From the NCBI GenBank assembly GCA_964554805.1, contig CAZKPX010000004.1, positions 72,439 through 136,438 on the forward strand: a DNA stretch of 64,000 nt, written 5' to 3'. The first letter of the stretch is position 1, and every line of letters begins with the position of its first letter. Below the pieces are notes generated by a model. The model was given only the letters and a program-made list of their open reading frames with translations. It made no database searches and was not told the DNA's origin. This DNA is from an uncultured Candidatus Saccharibacteria bacterium. Its GTDB lineage: Bacteria > Patescibacteriota > CAZHWT01. Position numbers and translations under genes: made by a program. Below are positions 1 through 9,881 of this stretch, one piece after another.

Positions 1-328
1 CAACACAACCCAAAACAATACAGACAACACCGGTAATGGCTAGTGAGATATGAAATTTGCGATTGGTCCAAATTGACCAATACCAGAATTTATACCAGAC
101 AGCTTGGTTGGTGCGCTTAGAGCGGTTGATTAAAGCGGAGGGAGATTTGGCTTTGGGCGTTTTAGGCCTAGCCGAGGATTCAATAGTAATAGTTTTCATA
201 GACATAATTCGACAGGTTTTAGTATACCAAACGAGCAAGCTTATTTATATGGTTAGTGGTCTCGTGTCTCAATATCCGCCAGCCAAGCTGGCTGCATCGG
301 GGTAATGTAGTTCGCTTGATGAGGGGTT

Positions 329-884
329 GGAAAGGCAAAAATCAAAAGGCAAAGGGCAAAAATTAAAGTTAAAAATCAAAGCCCAAAGTTACAAGTAGTG
401 CCAAGTTAGCCAGTATTCGTCATTGTGAGGATCCGCCAGCTGGCGGAGACGTGGCAATCTAGGAGGATTGATGATTGCCTGTTGGCTTAAGAGTGTCATT
501 ATTGTTTGTCCTGGATTGCCGCTCCGCCGGTTGGCGGATCGCAATGACGTTGCAGGGGGGGGCGTCATTGCTTCTGTTCTGGATTGCCGCTCCGCTTGTT
601 GGGGGATGGCAATCTAGCTGTGACTGATATATTTTTCTCAAGTTACATTCGGCCAAAAGCCATTGTTTTTGTATGTCATTTTTTCACCTCAAATAAACAT
701 TTTTTACTAACCTTTGTGTCTATGGGTAGTATTGAATTTGCTTAGGGGCTCTCCCCGTCAAGCTAGGAGACCAGTATTTGAGGTGAAAGAAATGAATACA
801 AGGGTTTTTATTTAAATGCAGAAGACAGTTGCAGCTACTTTGTATTTTTAACTTTAATCTTTGCCTTTTGACTTTTGCCTTTCC
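329..884 (+). repeat. MITE-like composite repeat, copy a (long form). It has terminal inverted arms, internal palindromic GGATTGCCGCTCCGCC..GGCGG and CGTCATTG..CAATGACG modules, and a hairpin core at about 651-810.
   Basis: The left arm aaaggcaaaaatcaaaaggcaaagggcaaaaattaaagttaaaaatcaaag is inverted at the right end as ctttgtatttttaactttaatctttgccttttgacttttgcctttcc. The core ccaaaagccattgtttttgtatgtcattttttcac..ctaggagaccagtatttgaggtgaaagaaatgaataca is shared with the copies at 29.1, 32.5 and 39.9 kb. No ORF is present. Confidence 0.6.
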
Positions 885-964
885 AATACCCCATCAAGTT
901 GACTGGATTGCCGCTCTGCCAGCTGGCGGGTTAGGCTATCTGCTCTTTTTACCTCCCGCCTAGC

Positions 965-993
965 TTGCATGGGTGGTTGATTACCTGTATAAA
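965..993 (+). promoter_or_regulatory. Candidate sigma70 promoter for the 1032 gene: TTGCAT, 17-nt spacer, TATAAA.
   Basis: ttgcat at 965-970, a 17-nt spacer, and tataaa at 988-993, about 40 nt upstream of the ATG at 1032. Confidence 0.3.
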
Positions 994-1031
994 AAGGATA
1001 CTGATATCACCACTCATGCATACAAAGCTTT

Positions 1032-2672
1032 ATGATAGAAAAATTTTCTAGCCGACTGGCAATTATTATCCCCCATCGACTTAAACCAATCCTAAGAAGG
1101 CTGGTTGAGTTTTATAATAGTCACACTAATTGGCTATGGTATCTAGTCTGCCTGATTGCGATTAGCTTGATGCTGCTCAGTGTACATGCAATTCGGCCGT
1201 ATAATTCCGATGATATTGCAGTGCAAGTCATGCTCCGGCAGATTGACTTGTCTCATCCACTCCAAACATGGGTAGGCCCGCAGACCTTTGTTTTTAAATA
1301 CCCTCTTTTCTGGCTGCTCAATGAAGTCTTGCCATCGACTCGTGCCTCTATTTTGTTGACCGCCTGGCTGCAGGTTGTGATTGGTTTTAGCTTGTACTAC
1401 TGGTCAGCCCTCAGCCTGGCTCGAACATTTAAGCTGCATCTACCAATGTTGCGTTTGGCCATAGCGTGGATGCTGACCAGCTCGACGCTACTTTATACAT
1501 ACCTCAGTAATCCTGACTATAGAAATATGGAGATCGGTATTGTATTTGCCTTCTTGGCTTGGGTATTTAGTCGATTAGCACAGGGTTCTTTTGGCAAGAA
1601 TGGATCATGGAAATGGCAAAGCACCCTATGGATACTTGTCTTAAGCTTGGTGTTGGCCAGCGACGCAATGTTCTTGTTTATGGTTATGGTGCCTTTGGGG
1701 TTGTATCTTTGCTTACGATTGTTATTTAGACGGCAGGAACAGTCAAGCCTGATTATGTTAGGTATCATTGCAGGATCAGTGATGGGCATGGTAATAGTTG
1801 GCAAAGTTATGGCCTTATACGGCATTACTGTTTTGAGCAACAGTGACAGTCTCATTGCCCGGTTGGAAGATATACAGCGTCACACTGAGATAGCCATTCA
1901 TTCAAGCCTAGTGCTATTTGATGCCTATATTTTTGGATTATCTGCTTCCGGCTCAAAGCTGCTACTCATACACAATCTTTTGAATGCCTTGACTATAGCT
2001 TTGGGGGTAATAGCGATTCCGCTTTGGTTGATTAAACGTCCGCGCAATTGGAAAATTTTATGGTTAATCGCCCAGCCCTGGCTGATAGCAGCTATTTTTA
2101 TCGTTAGCACTAGAGTCTTTGGTTATTCCGACCAGTCTCGTTATTACAATTCTATTTACCTTATCCTGATTCCTTTCTATATGCCGTTTTTGGTCAGCTA
2201 CACCTACGGCCACCTCCGACAGATTAAACCACGACTGGCTTTTCTTAGCCTGATGCTAGTAGCCATTATAGTTAGTATAGGCTGGCACATCAGAGTCTTT
2301 GATTTTCAAACATTAGGCCAAAATCCCAACCAACTCGAGCTGGACATGATCGAGATAATACGTGAAGAAGGTTTGACTAAGGGCTACGCAGGGTTTTGGG
2401 AGGCTGGGATTGTGTCTTATTTTAGTGATGATACTCCACTAGTTATTCAGGCCGTCTGCCAGGATGCTCATGCTAACCCACACCTGTGGTATCTCAACCG
2501 AAGCAGATTAATCGCACCTGCCAGTGAGTCTTTTATTATCCATAGCGACAGAAGTAATGAATTTAACTGCAGCCAGGCTGATGTCATGGCTCAATTTGGT
2601 CAACCGGAAAAAATAATCCCGATCAATGATCATATTCGAATTATGATCTATGACCGAGATATTTTTATGTGA
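1032..2672 (+). CDS. Polytopic membrane protein, putative GT-C-fold glycosyltransferase (ArnT/PMT-like).
   Basis: 546 aa with many predicted TM helices. An acidic DD motif (RPYNSDDIA) sits in the first extracytoplasmic loop after TM1, and the C-terminal domain is soluble. The gene is adjacent to the glycan locus. Confidence 0.4.
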   Translation: MIEKFSSRLAIIIPHRLKPILRRLVEFYNSHTNWLWYLVCLIAISLMLLSVHAIRPYNSDDIAVQVMLRQIDLSHPLQTWVGPQTFVFKYPLFWLLNEVLPSTRASILLTAWLQVVIGFSLYYWSALSLARTFKLHLPMLRLAIAWMLTSSTLLYTYLSNPDYRNMEIGIVFAFLAWVFSRLAQGSFGKNGSWKWQSTLWILVLSLVLASDAMFLFMVMVPLGLYLCLRLLFRRQEQSSLIMLGIIAGSVMGMVIVGKVMALYGITVLSNSDSLIARLEDIQRHTEIAIHSSLVLFDAYIFGLSASGSKLLLIHNLLNALTIALGVIAIPLWLIKRPRNWKILWLIAQPWLIAAIFIVSTRVFGYSDQSRYYNSIYLILIPFYMPFLVSYTYGHLRQIKPRLAFLSLMLVAIIVSIGWHIRVFDFQTLGQNPNQLELDMIEIIREEGLTKGYAGFWEAGIVSYFSDDTPLVIQAVCQDAHANPHLWYLNRSRLIAPASESFIIHSDRSNEFNCSQADVMAQFGQPEKIIPINDHIRIMIYDRDIFM

Positions 2673-2697
2673 TTTGCTTACATTTTTAAGATGTAGA

Positions 2698-3438
2698 CTA
2701 GCCTGCTGGCTTTTGCGAGACAGAAAGAACAGATGTGCCTAGGGGGAAATTTACCTTGGTGAGGAGCTTTGTTTCCAGATCCAGCATCTTGGCAAAGGCT
2801 GTATTAATAGGCTTTGGCAGCATCACATAACTGGTTTTTTGTTGGCCTTGGGTGGCTTTTTCTACAACTCTATAGCTGACTACCATTGGAAATGAGAACG
2901 CGACAGCATAGGAGCTTTTAAGAATAGTGTAGCCATGCTTTGTGAGTTGATCTGCCAATGGCTTTCGAGTGTAGCGACGGAAGTGGTGGAGACTAATGTC
3001 ATGACCACTCCATAGCCACTGGTGCGCTGGTACTGTAATAATAAGGATGCCACCAGGTCGCAGGACGCGATACCAGTCTTGGAGAGCTTTATCATCTTCG
3101 TCAATATGCTCTAGCACATCCAAGACTACTGCTACATCAAAGCTGTTATCTTTAAAAGGCAGTTTGCTGCCATCAAAGTGAACAGCATTTTCTATACCGC
3201 GCTGCTTGCAATACTCAATGGCCAGATCGGAAGTATCGACATTGGTAATAGTGCCATGTTTGCGCATTGTGGGGACTGTCCCGCCTGTTCCACAACCGAT
3301 GTTTATAATATCTAGGTGATCTTTGCCCAGTTTCTGCCTGGCTTGTTTGAGCTGGGAATCAACTAAAGCTTTTTTGCCAATATGCCACCAGTAACTCTCC
3401 TCCATTTCAGCCATTTTGTGATACTCTTGTAAATCCAT
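2698..3438 (-). CDS. Class I SAM-dependent methyltransferase.
   Basis: Glycine-rich SAM motif INIGCGTGG and acidic motif VLDVLEHIDEDD. The start is refined to M(DLQEY), with an AAGGAG RBS 5 nt upstream on the minus strand. Confidence 0.7.
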   Translation of the reverse strand: MDLQEYHKMAEMEESYWWHIGKKALVDSQLKQARQKLGKDHLDIINIGCGTGGTVPTMRKHGTITNVDTSDLAIEYCKQRGIENAVHFDGSKLPFKDNSFDVAVVLDVLEHIDEDDKALQDWYRVLRPGGILIITVPAHQWLWSGHDISLHHFRRYTRKPLADQLTKHGYTILKSSYAVAFSFPMVVSYRVVEKATQGQQKTSYVMLPKPINTAFAKMLDLETKLLTKVNFPLGTSVLSVSQKPAG

Positions 3439-3463
3439 AAAGCTCCTTAGGTCGGATTTTCTT

Positions 3464-4129
3464 CTACATTGCACCCTTGCCAGCGACGACTGCCAGCGGT
3501 GTCTTGATTAATATTTTTATATCGTAAAAAATTGATTGGCGTTTGGCATATTCAGCGTCCATGGCTACTCGCTCATCAAAAGTTATGCTGCTGCGGCCGC
3601 CAATTTGCCAAGGTCCGGTTATGCCCGGCTTGACGGTTAATAAGGCCTTAATATTGGGCTTAATGGATGGATAAACATCCATTTGAGTTAGCAGTTCTTT
3701 AGCTAAATAAGCTCTGGGTCCGACCAAACTCATGTCTCCCACAAAAACGTTCCAAAACTGCGGCAATTCATCCAAGCTTGTCTTACGCAGGAACTTACCG
3801 ACACGGGTTACTCGCGGATCATCAGTTAGCTTGTAAAACTTCTTAAACTCTTCCTGCTTATTTGGGTCGCTTAATATTTCTTTTAGAAATTCCTCTGCTT
3901 TATCTCCACCATACTTGACTCCGGCCGAATACTCCAGCTTCATGGAGCGGAATTTTAAGATTCGAAACAGCTGCCCTCTGCGCGTTACTCGCTCATGTAT
4001 ATAAAAAATCGGTCCGCGGGAATCTATTTTTACCGCAATTGCTATGATTAAATATAATGGTGAAAAAATAATTAGCGCAACGATCGATCCTGCAATGTCC
4101 AGGATGCGCTTAGAAAGGTCATAAATCAT
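3464..4129 (-). CDS. Polyprenyl-phosphate sugar phosphotransferase (bacterial sugar transferase family, WbaP/WcaJ C-terminal type), the priming enzyme.
   Basis: An N-terminal TM helix and the characteristic [19 protein letters not shown] motifs. Confidence 0.8.
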   Translation of the reverse strand: MIYDLSKRILDIAGSIVALIIFSPLYLIIAIAVKIDSRGPIFYIHERVTRRGQLFRILKFRSMKLEYSAGVKYGGDKAEEFLKEILSDPNKQEEFKKFYKLTDDPRVTRVGKFLRKTSLDELPQFWNVFVGDMSLVGPRAYLAKELLTQMDVYPSIKPNIKALLTVKPGITGPWQIGGRSSITFDERVAMDAEYAKRQSIFYDIKILIKTPLAVVAGKGAM

Positions 4130-4183
4130 GTTTAGTTTATTATGCAGTAAAGTGGGTGATGGAGCAAGGTACTTGTACGCTTC

Positions 4184-5335
4184 TTATAGTAAGTCGGATA
4201 GCTGCCGACCAACCTTCTTCCAGCTGTGATTTTGCTTAACATACTCTACTCCTAGCTCACCTATTGCTTGGCATCGCTTAGCGTCATGGAGCAAGTCAAT
4301 GACCGCTTGAGCCATATTTTCGGGAATAGCATCGCATAATACGCTAGCCTGCTCAGCATTTGGCCCCAAACCTTCTAGGGCGTGTTTGGTCAACACCACA
4401 GGCACTCCAACTGCCATGGCTTCTATGACTTTATTTTGCATGCCTGACCCTGACAGCATGGGGGCTATTGAAACTTGCGCCGAGGATATCTCCGCAGACA
4501 TATCCGGTGGATTGGCTACAATGTTTATGCCCTCCCATGAAGCCAACTCTGTCACGTCATGCGGTGGCGTCGCTCCAGTAATTTTTAGACTGGCTTGCGG
4601 AATCGCTTGCTTAATCAAAGGAAAAACGTTTATGGCAAACCAAACAATGGCTTCACGATTGGGAAAGTATTGTAGATTACCGCTAAAGACAATCTGATGC
4701 GGGACTTTGGTGACATTTTGAGAGCTGACTTCAACACCGTTATTAATGACGGCAATAGCCTGATTGCCAATTACCCGTTTGTCCCGCTGGGAGATAATCA
4801 TGGTTTTGTCGAACTTTCGGAGTAAGCGTTTTTCATATTTGGCTAAGAGGTGCCATTCCAGCCAGGCCACCCATTTGACCAGGCCTGTTTCGGAGCTGTA
4901 TCTTTTATACATGTTAAGGGAATAGGCATCCTGAAAATCCAGAATTTTGGCAGTTTTTAAGCCTGAAACATAGGGGGCTGTTCTGACCATCTGGCAGATG
5001 ACGGTGTCATACCGGGTCTGAGCCGTTAATCTATTGATCTGGGCCTGCATCTGTTTGTTGTAAAAGTAGGCTACCTGGAAGGGTTGCAGGGTAAAAAGGG
5101 GCTTGATCAGATTTGTGTATCTTTCAAATCTACCATAGCCACAAATGATTACCTTGTTGAGCTGGGGAGGAAAACTGGCCCAATGGCTATCCGGGCTGAC
5201 TAAATCTTCGGTAGAGCAAACAAAGTCGACCTGATGTCCCAGATCGACTAATTGCTGCAGGAAATTGGCCACTCTTAGTTGGTCACCCTTAGTGGTGGGA
5301 TAGGGGTTGCGGGAGGCCAGGAAGAGTATTTTCAT
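4184..5335 (-). CDS. Glycosyltransferase family 4 (GT-B, group 1).
   Basis: The C-terminal half carries the E-x7-E-like motif of GT4 (VIEAMAVGVPVV). It overlaps neighbours in an ATGA arrangement, consistent with an operon. Confidence 0.7.
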   Translation of the reverse strand: MKILFLASRNPYPTTKGDQLRVANFLQQLVDLGHQVDFVCSTEDLVSPDSHWASFPPQLNKVIICGYGRFERYTNLIKPLFTLQPFQVAYFYNKQMQAQINRLTAQTRYDTVICQMVRTAPYVSGLKTAKILDFQDAYSLNMYKRYSSETGLVKWVAWLEWHLLAKYEKRLLRKFDKTMIISQRDKRVIGNQAIAVINNGVEVSSQNVTKVPHQIVFSGNLQYFPNREAIVWFAINVFPLIKQAIPQASLKITGATPPHDVTELASWEGINIVANPPDMSAEISSAQVSIAPMLSGSGMQNKVIEAMAVGVPVVLTKHALEGLGPNAEQASVLCDAIPENMAQAVIDLLHDAKRCQAIGELGVEYVKQNHSWKKVGRQLSDLL

Positions 5336-6456
5336 GTCGACACCTCCCGATACAGCTTGGCATACTGATCGGCCGTCTGTTGCCAGTCGAACTTTTTGAT
5401 TTGCCGCAGACCGGCTTTGACCAGCTGCTGACGGGATTCCAGGTTACCGGCAAGCAGTGTCATTTGCTGAACCAGTTGTTGGTGATGACCGGTGTCGATA
5501 TACAAGGCCGCTGACCCGCCGATTTCAGGTAAGGCTGTGGTGTTGGTGGTTATGACAGGACAATGACAGGCCATGGCCTGGAGCATGGGCAGGCCAAAAC
5601 CTTCGTAGAGAGAGGGGAATAGTAGGGCTTGGGCTGCGGAAAGCAGCTCGATTAGCTCGGACTTGGCGACGAAGCCGACTAATTTTACTGATGATTCCAG
5701 TTGATGTTGCTGGATCAGTTTTTGAAATGATTGGCTGTCTTTGGCGTTTAAACCGGTAACGACCAGCTGATGCTGCCGGCCGGCGTCAGTATTGATAAAC
5801 TGCTTGAATGCCTCAATAGTGAAGGCTGTTTGCTTGCGGGGATCAATGGCGCCGAGATGGATGAAATAGGGTCGGTCAATACTATATTTCTGCAGAGTTT
5901 GATCCGGGGTGGTGGCTGGTTTAAATTCCTGGCCGACTCCTTCATAGATGACTTTGATCCGGTCAGCTGGAATAGAAAAACCTTCGGCGATATCCTGCTG
6001 GGAGAAGTTGGAGATGGTGGTGACCAGGTTGGCCCGCTTGATGATTAGGCTTGAAATGAGAGCATAATATTTGCGGCCCAGGCGCTGATACCAGGAGACG
6101 GCGGTTGGAATGCGCTGTTTGTCTGACAGGAACATGACGTCGTGGATGGTTAGAATTAGTTTTATTTTGGCAGGCAATAGTAGGGGGGCCGTATTGGTGG
6201 TGGCATGGAAAATATCAATCTTGTCACGTCGCAACAGATAGGGCAGAACGATTTGCTCACTAATGACATAGGAGGCAGGAACCAGTCTGATAACGGCTGA
6301 TGAAGGTAGTTTGACGGCTGACCAGTCGGCCTGTTTGTAGGTGTAGATAACATATTGATGCTGGTCGTCATCAGGCAGATGGGCTATCAGCTGATGGGCA
6401 AATTCGCCCAAACCCCTACCCTTGGCCACCAGGCGGGCATCAATACCTATTTTCAA
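5332..6456 (-). CDS. Glycosyltransferase family 4.
   Basis: EGFGLPMLQAMACHCPVITT motif. A 4-nt overlap with both neighbours. Confidence 0.75.
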   Translation of the reverse strand: MKIGIDARLVAKGRGLGEFAHQLIAHLPDDDQHQYVIYTYKQADWSAVKLPSSAVIRLVPASYVISEQIVLPYLLRRDKIDIFHATTNTAPLLLPAKIKLILTIHDVMFLSDKQRIPTAVSWYQRLGRKYYALISSLIIKRANLVTTISNFSQQDIAEGFSIPADRIKVIYEGVGQEFKPATTPDQTLQKYSIDRPYFIHLGAIDPRKQTAFTIEAFKQFINTDAGRQHQLVVTGLNAKDSQSFQKLIQQHQLESSVKLVGFVAKSELIELLSAAQALLFPSLYEGFGLPMLQAMACHCPVITTNTTALPEIGGSAALYIDTGHHQQLVQQMTLLAGNLESRQQLVKAGLRQIKKFDWQQTADQYAKLYREVST

Positions 6457-7907
6457 GGTGTCCTCCTCAATGGCCAGTGCAAAATCAGCATGGCTCCTAA
6501 TAGGGGTGTCAGATCCATCAGGAAGAGAGCGGTATGGCCGGTGAAGTAGCCCCTAATATAAATCATCAAGCCACCGATTGCGGCAGCATAGATGATAGCG
6601 GCCCATCTATTTGTGGTGTTGGCTTGCCAGATAGTGTAGGCAAAGCGAGTTATGATGCCCATCAGGAACGGGACCAAGGCTATGCCAAACCAGCCGAAGT
6701 TCATATAGGCCTCAGCCAGTAGGGATTGCACTCTGGCATAATTCTTACCTTCATTGAAAATATTGTCCTGATTGGGCAGGGTGATTTCGGGTCTTACTGA
6801 GCCTGGAATAGGCTGTAGAGCTGCCTGCAGATAGCCTAGTCCATATTGGTAGCGCAAAATCTGCGGAGTGTTTTCATAGGTCATCATGGTGGTTCTAACT
6901 GAGTCGAAATAATTATCAATATACCTACTAGCTAATAATTCTTTATCGGATGCTACTTTGCCCAGTTCTTGGCCAAATGCATTTATATACTGCTGTCGAT
7001 CAATAGTCGGCGGCTTGATTGGGGCTGCTGAGGCAGTGCTTTGGATAGTGGAATTTTTGTGTCGCAAATACTCCAGACTGGCTTCAGAGGAGTTGGCTTG
7101 GCACAGATCCGGGGCCACCCAGCTAAAGTTCCGAAACTCGCCCAACACTCCGATAATCAACACTCCCACCAGAGCAATAATTCCGGTCAAGATAAAAATG
7201 TTTATCTTTCTGGCCAGGTAATTAATGACCACTAAAACCTCGAAAATAAATATAACTGCTAGTATTCTGGAGCCCATAAAGGCCACTAACATCAGGGCTG
7301 TTACAAGATAGAACCCTGTTATAGTCCACAACCACCAGGGCCTTGTCTTGGCTTTGAGAAGGTAGGCTAATAGGAGGATGGCTGCTGTCTTGAATAAGAG
7401 TATGCCCCACAAAAAGTAGGTGTTGCCGACCATCAGCTCGTTGGTTTGGCCTAAGTGAGTAAAGTAATAACAGGCTCCACCAACTCGCTCCATTAACAAA
7501 GAGAAGCTGGTTATAGAAATAGCGGTGAAGGCTGCGACTAAGGCTGCCAGTCTTTTGGCAGACCAGTCGGATTGAGGCAGTTTAACTTTCCAGGGCAGTT
7601 TTATTCTGTAGCCCAGGTAAAATGCTATCGCTCCAATGATTGCAAAAACCAGAACTATTCGCAGACTATTGTCAAAATCAGTAACATGAGCGAAATTCTT
7701 AGGTGAAAACAGGTAGTAGATTGAAGGGATGCCAAAATAAAGGAAGTAAACCAGTCTGAAGATGTGTTTGGCTTCGAACAGGTCAAAATCTTTTTTGTGC
7801 TTCCACCACTCAACCAACATGGGAGCAAAGAGCACTGAAAACAGTACCAGCCATAAAAATAAGCCGAAGCCTTGGCTTAGCCAGATTGTATTAAAAAATT
7901 CAGTCAT
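6453..7907 (-). CDS. Wzy-like oligosaccharide repeat-unit polymerase / O-antigen-ligase-like membrane protein.
   Basis: 484 aa with at least 10 TM helices and a large extracytoplasmic loop of about 130 aa between the later helices. It is embedded between GT4 genes. Confidence 0.4.
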   Translation of the reverse strand: MTEFFNTIWLSQGFGLFLWLVLFSVLFAPMLVEWWKHKKDFDLFEAKHIFRLVYFLYFGIPSIYYLFSPKNFAHVTDFDNSLRIVLVFAIIGAIAFYLGYRIKLPWKVKLPQSDWSAKRLAALVAAFTAISITSFSLLMERVGGACYYFTHLGQTNELMVGNTYFLWGILLFKTAAILLLAYLLKAKTRPWWLWTITGFYLVTALMLVAFMGSRILAVIFIFEVLVVINYLARKINIFILTGIIALVGVLIIGVLGEFRNFSWVAPDLCQANSSEASLEYLRHKNSTIQSTASAAPIKPPTIDRQQYINAFGQELGKVASDKELLASRYIDNYFDSVRTTMMTYENTPQILRYQYGLGYLQAALQPIPGSVRPEITLPNQDNIFNEGKNYARVQSLLAEAYMNFGWFGIALVPFLMGIITRFAYTIWQANTTNRWAAIIYAAAIGGLMIYIRGYFTGHTALFLMDLTPLLGAMLILHWPLRRTP

Positions 7908-7908
7908 A

Positions 7909-8973
7909 TTATTTGCGATAAACGGCTACTGTTTGCTGGGCAATGGTGGACCACTTAAATTGAGTGGCCAGCCTGGCAGTTTGCTTGATCAGCTGACTCA
8001 TCAGCTGGCGATCCTCTGCCAACCGGTCAATCGATTCAGCTAACTGGTTGATATGGCCAGGCTGGAAGGTCAGGCAATTCTGCGGCGGCTGGAGATAGTC
8101 AGGCAAATGACCGCCGTCACTGACAATTAAAGGCTTGCTGGCCACAATGGCCTCCAGCAGGGTTGAATTCCTTCTGGTAACCCCTTTAGTGAAAGGCATA
8201 ACCACCACATCGACCGCCTGCAGGTAGTCCAGAATCTGCTGGTCGTCCTGCGGATTTATCCATTTTACCATGTCTGAGATGTTGAGTGATTTGACCTGCT
8301 GGTCCAGAGTTGTATGATGGGGATTTTGTTGGGGATCGAATCTCGTCAGGAAGTAGAGGTTGACCTTTGATTTTAACTGAGCTGCGGCTGATAGAAGATC
8401 TTGCTCTCCTTTGCTGCCGTCCATAAAACCTAAAAAGCCGATGGAGAACTTTGGTAGTCGGGGTGGATTGGGCTTTGCTGAAACCAGCGTTGGGCCCAGG
8501 GTGATATGCTGGATGGCTTTTGTTTTGTGCGGCAGCCAGGCGGCATCCTGGGGGTTGGGCAGGATTATTCTGGAGAAGCCGGTGGCGAGGATGATGTTGC
8601 GGATTTTGCCGAATAGGCTGGCTTCTGACAGTTCATGAAGGGTTAGTGTTGCTTTAAAGCCGTAGCATCGCAGTATCCAAGGCAATAATACTACCGAAAT
8701 GCCGCGTCGATTGAGCTTGGTGGGATATTGGAGGTGGACCATGTCAAATTTGCCTTTGTTGGCACGGGCCCACTTAAGATACTGGAATAGGCCGAATTTG
8801 TTTAATGATGGGTCGAGCTTGAACTGACCGGCTAGGCTTTGGTTATTGGTGTCTAAGGTGACAATGGTTACCTTAGACCCAAGTTGCTGCAGGGCATTGG
8901 CCAGGAAGTAGGCGTGCTTGCCGACACCGCAAGGGTATGGGGGAAGAGTCGCGGAGAAAATGGCGATGTTCAT
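7909..8973 (-). CDS. Glycosyltransferase family 4.
   Basis: GT-B architecture. The N-terminus MNIAIFSATLPPYPCGVGKHAYFLA is typical of GT4. It is the first gene of the minus-strand operon running down to 2698. Confidence 0.6.
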   Translation of the reverse strand: MNIAIFSATLPPYPCGVGKHAYFLANALQQLGSKVTIVTLDTNNQSLAGQFKLDPSLNKFGLFQYLKWARANKGKFDMVHLQYPTKLNRRGISVVLLPWILRCYGFKATLTLHELSEASLFGKIRNIILATGFSRIILPNPQDAAWLPHKTKAIQHITLGPTLVSAKPNPPRLPKFSIGFLGFMDGSKGEQDLLSAAAQLKSKVNLYFLTRFDPQQNPHHTTLDQQVKSLNISDMVKWINPQDDQQILDYLQAVDVVVMPFTKGVTRRNSTLLEAIVASKPLIVSDGGHLPDYLQPPQNCLTFQPGHINQLAESIDRLAEDRQLMSQLIKQTARLATQFKWSTIAQQTVAVYRK

Positions 8974-9008
8974 GTTTGGTGATTATACAGTAATTGGTTG
9001 GGTCTGGT

Positions 9009-9040
9009 GACGAGAACGAGTACGGGAACGAGTACGAGGA
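9009..9040 (+). repeat. Short tandem repeat (AACGAGTACG-type) in the leader of the 8973 operon.
   Basis: gacgagaacgagtacgggaacgagtacgagg. It is related to the GCGACGAGTACGAG tract at 63.7 kb. Confidence 0.5.
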
Positions 9041-9106
9041 TGAAAACAGGAGGCATGAGATGTTGGATGCAAGCTAGGTTGTTGGCTGGCAGATTGAGGG
9101 GGGGGC

Positions 9107-9135
9107 TTGACTTTGGTATAGACATTGTATATACT
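9107..9135 (+). promoter_or_regulatory. Sigma70-like promoter of brnTA: TTGACT, 17 nt, TATACT.
   Basis: ttgact at 9107-9112, a 17-nt spacer, and tatact at 9130-9135, 25 nt upstream of the ATG at 9161. An AGGAG RBS lies at 9141-9145. Confidence 0.5.
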
Positions 9136-9160
9136 TCTCCTAGGAGCTGCCTGATAATGC

Positions 9161-9436
9161 ATGAAAAATATTGTCTGGGATGAGGCCAAGAATGGTTGGC
9201 TAAAAGAACATCGGGGCATTTCGTTTGAAGATGTGGCTACCAGAATTGTTCAGGGCGATGTGTTGGATGTTATTACCCACCCGAATCAAAAAAGATACTT
9301 TAACCAGAGGCAGTTCATCTTGTACTTGCATGATTATGTTTACGCAGTACCTTTTGTTGAAGATGACAATAACCTATTTCTAAAAACAATAATTCCAAGT
9401 CGCAAGGCTAAGAAGAAATATCTCAGCAAGGGCTAG
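9161..9436 (+). CDS. brnT: Type II toxin BrnT (DUF497 family ribonuclease toxin).
   Basis: N-terminal IVWDEAKNGWLKEHRGISFEDV and C-terminal IIPSRKAKKKY match the BrnT family pattern (I.WDE.K...L...RGisFe..; ..iiSaRkA.k.E...Y). Confidence 0.7.
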   Translation: MKNIVWDEAKNGWLKEHRGISFEDVATRIVQGDVLDVITHPNQKRYFNQRQFILYLHDYVYAVPFVEDDNNLFLKTIIPSRKAKKKYLSKG

Positions 9437-9439
9437 TCT

Positions 9440-9766
9440 ATGAAAGATCCACAATTAACTCCCTATGAACAAGATTTACTTGATAGCTTTGAAAAAGGAG
9501 AGTGGGTATCTGTTCCTGATCTAGAAGAAGCCAAGAAGCGCTACGCGGCCTACGCAGCTTATGCTATGCAGAAGCGAGCCAAGACTAAGCCTATCAGTAT
9601 TCGTCTGTCCGAAGATGTGCTGGATGGATTGAAAGAGCAGGCTGGCCGGGAAGGTATCCCCTATCAGACGCTGATTAGCTCTATCTTGCATAAATACCTG
9701 GTCAAGGAAAGACAGGCTGAGTATGGTCAGGTGAACGACAAAGAAGAATCAGCGGACAAGGGATAG
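9440..9766 (+). CDS. brnA: BrnA antitoxin (ribbon-helix-helix / CopG-like).
   Basis: The IRLSEDVLDGLKEQAGREGIPYQTLISSILHKYL segment matches the BrnA_antitoxin signature. The gene starts 3 nt after brnT. Confidence 0.7.
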   Translation: MKDPQLTPYEQDLLDSFEKGEWVSVPDLEEAKKRYAAYAAYAMQKRAKTKPISIRLSEDVLDGLKEQAGREGIPYQTLISSILHKYLVKERQAEYGQVNDKEESADKG

Positions 9767-9881
9767 ACTGACCCGCTAAAGATCGGTCAGCAAGACTCTT
9801 TATCACTTACTCGCTTAGACTGATAATTCTTAGCACTCTCTGAGTATATTATTTACTCTTTGTCTGAGATACCTGCTACTG

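Noticed and set aside
57-305. 82-aa ORF at the left edge.
   Set aside because: No RBS or homology. It may be the antisense of a truncated edge gene, and it cannot be supported.
651-700. Mini-ORF ATG TCA TTT TTT CAC ATC AAA TAA (MSFFHIK) inside each hairpin core as a real peptide gene.
   Set aside because: There is no RBS. It is 7 codons long. The variable codons coincide with stem covariation, so RNA or DNA structure is the simpler explanation. It is kept as an alternative under the core-hairpin finding.
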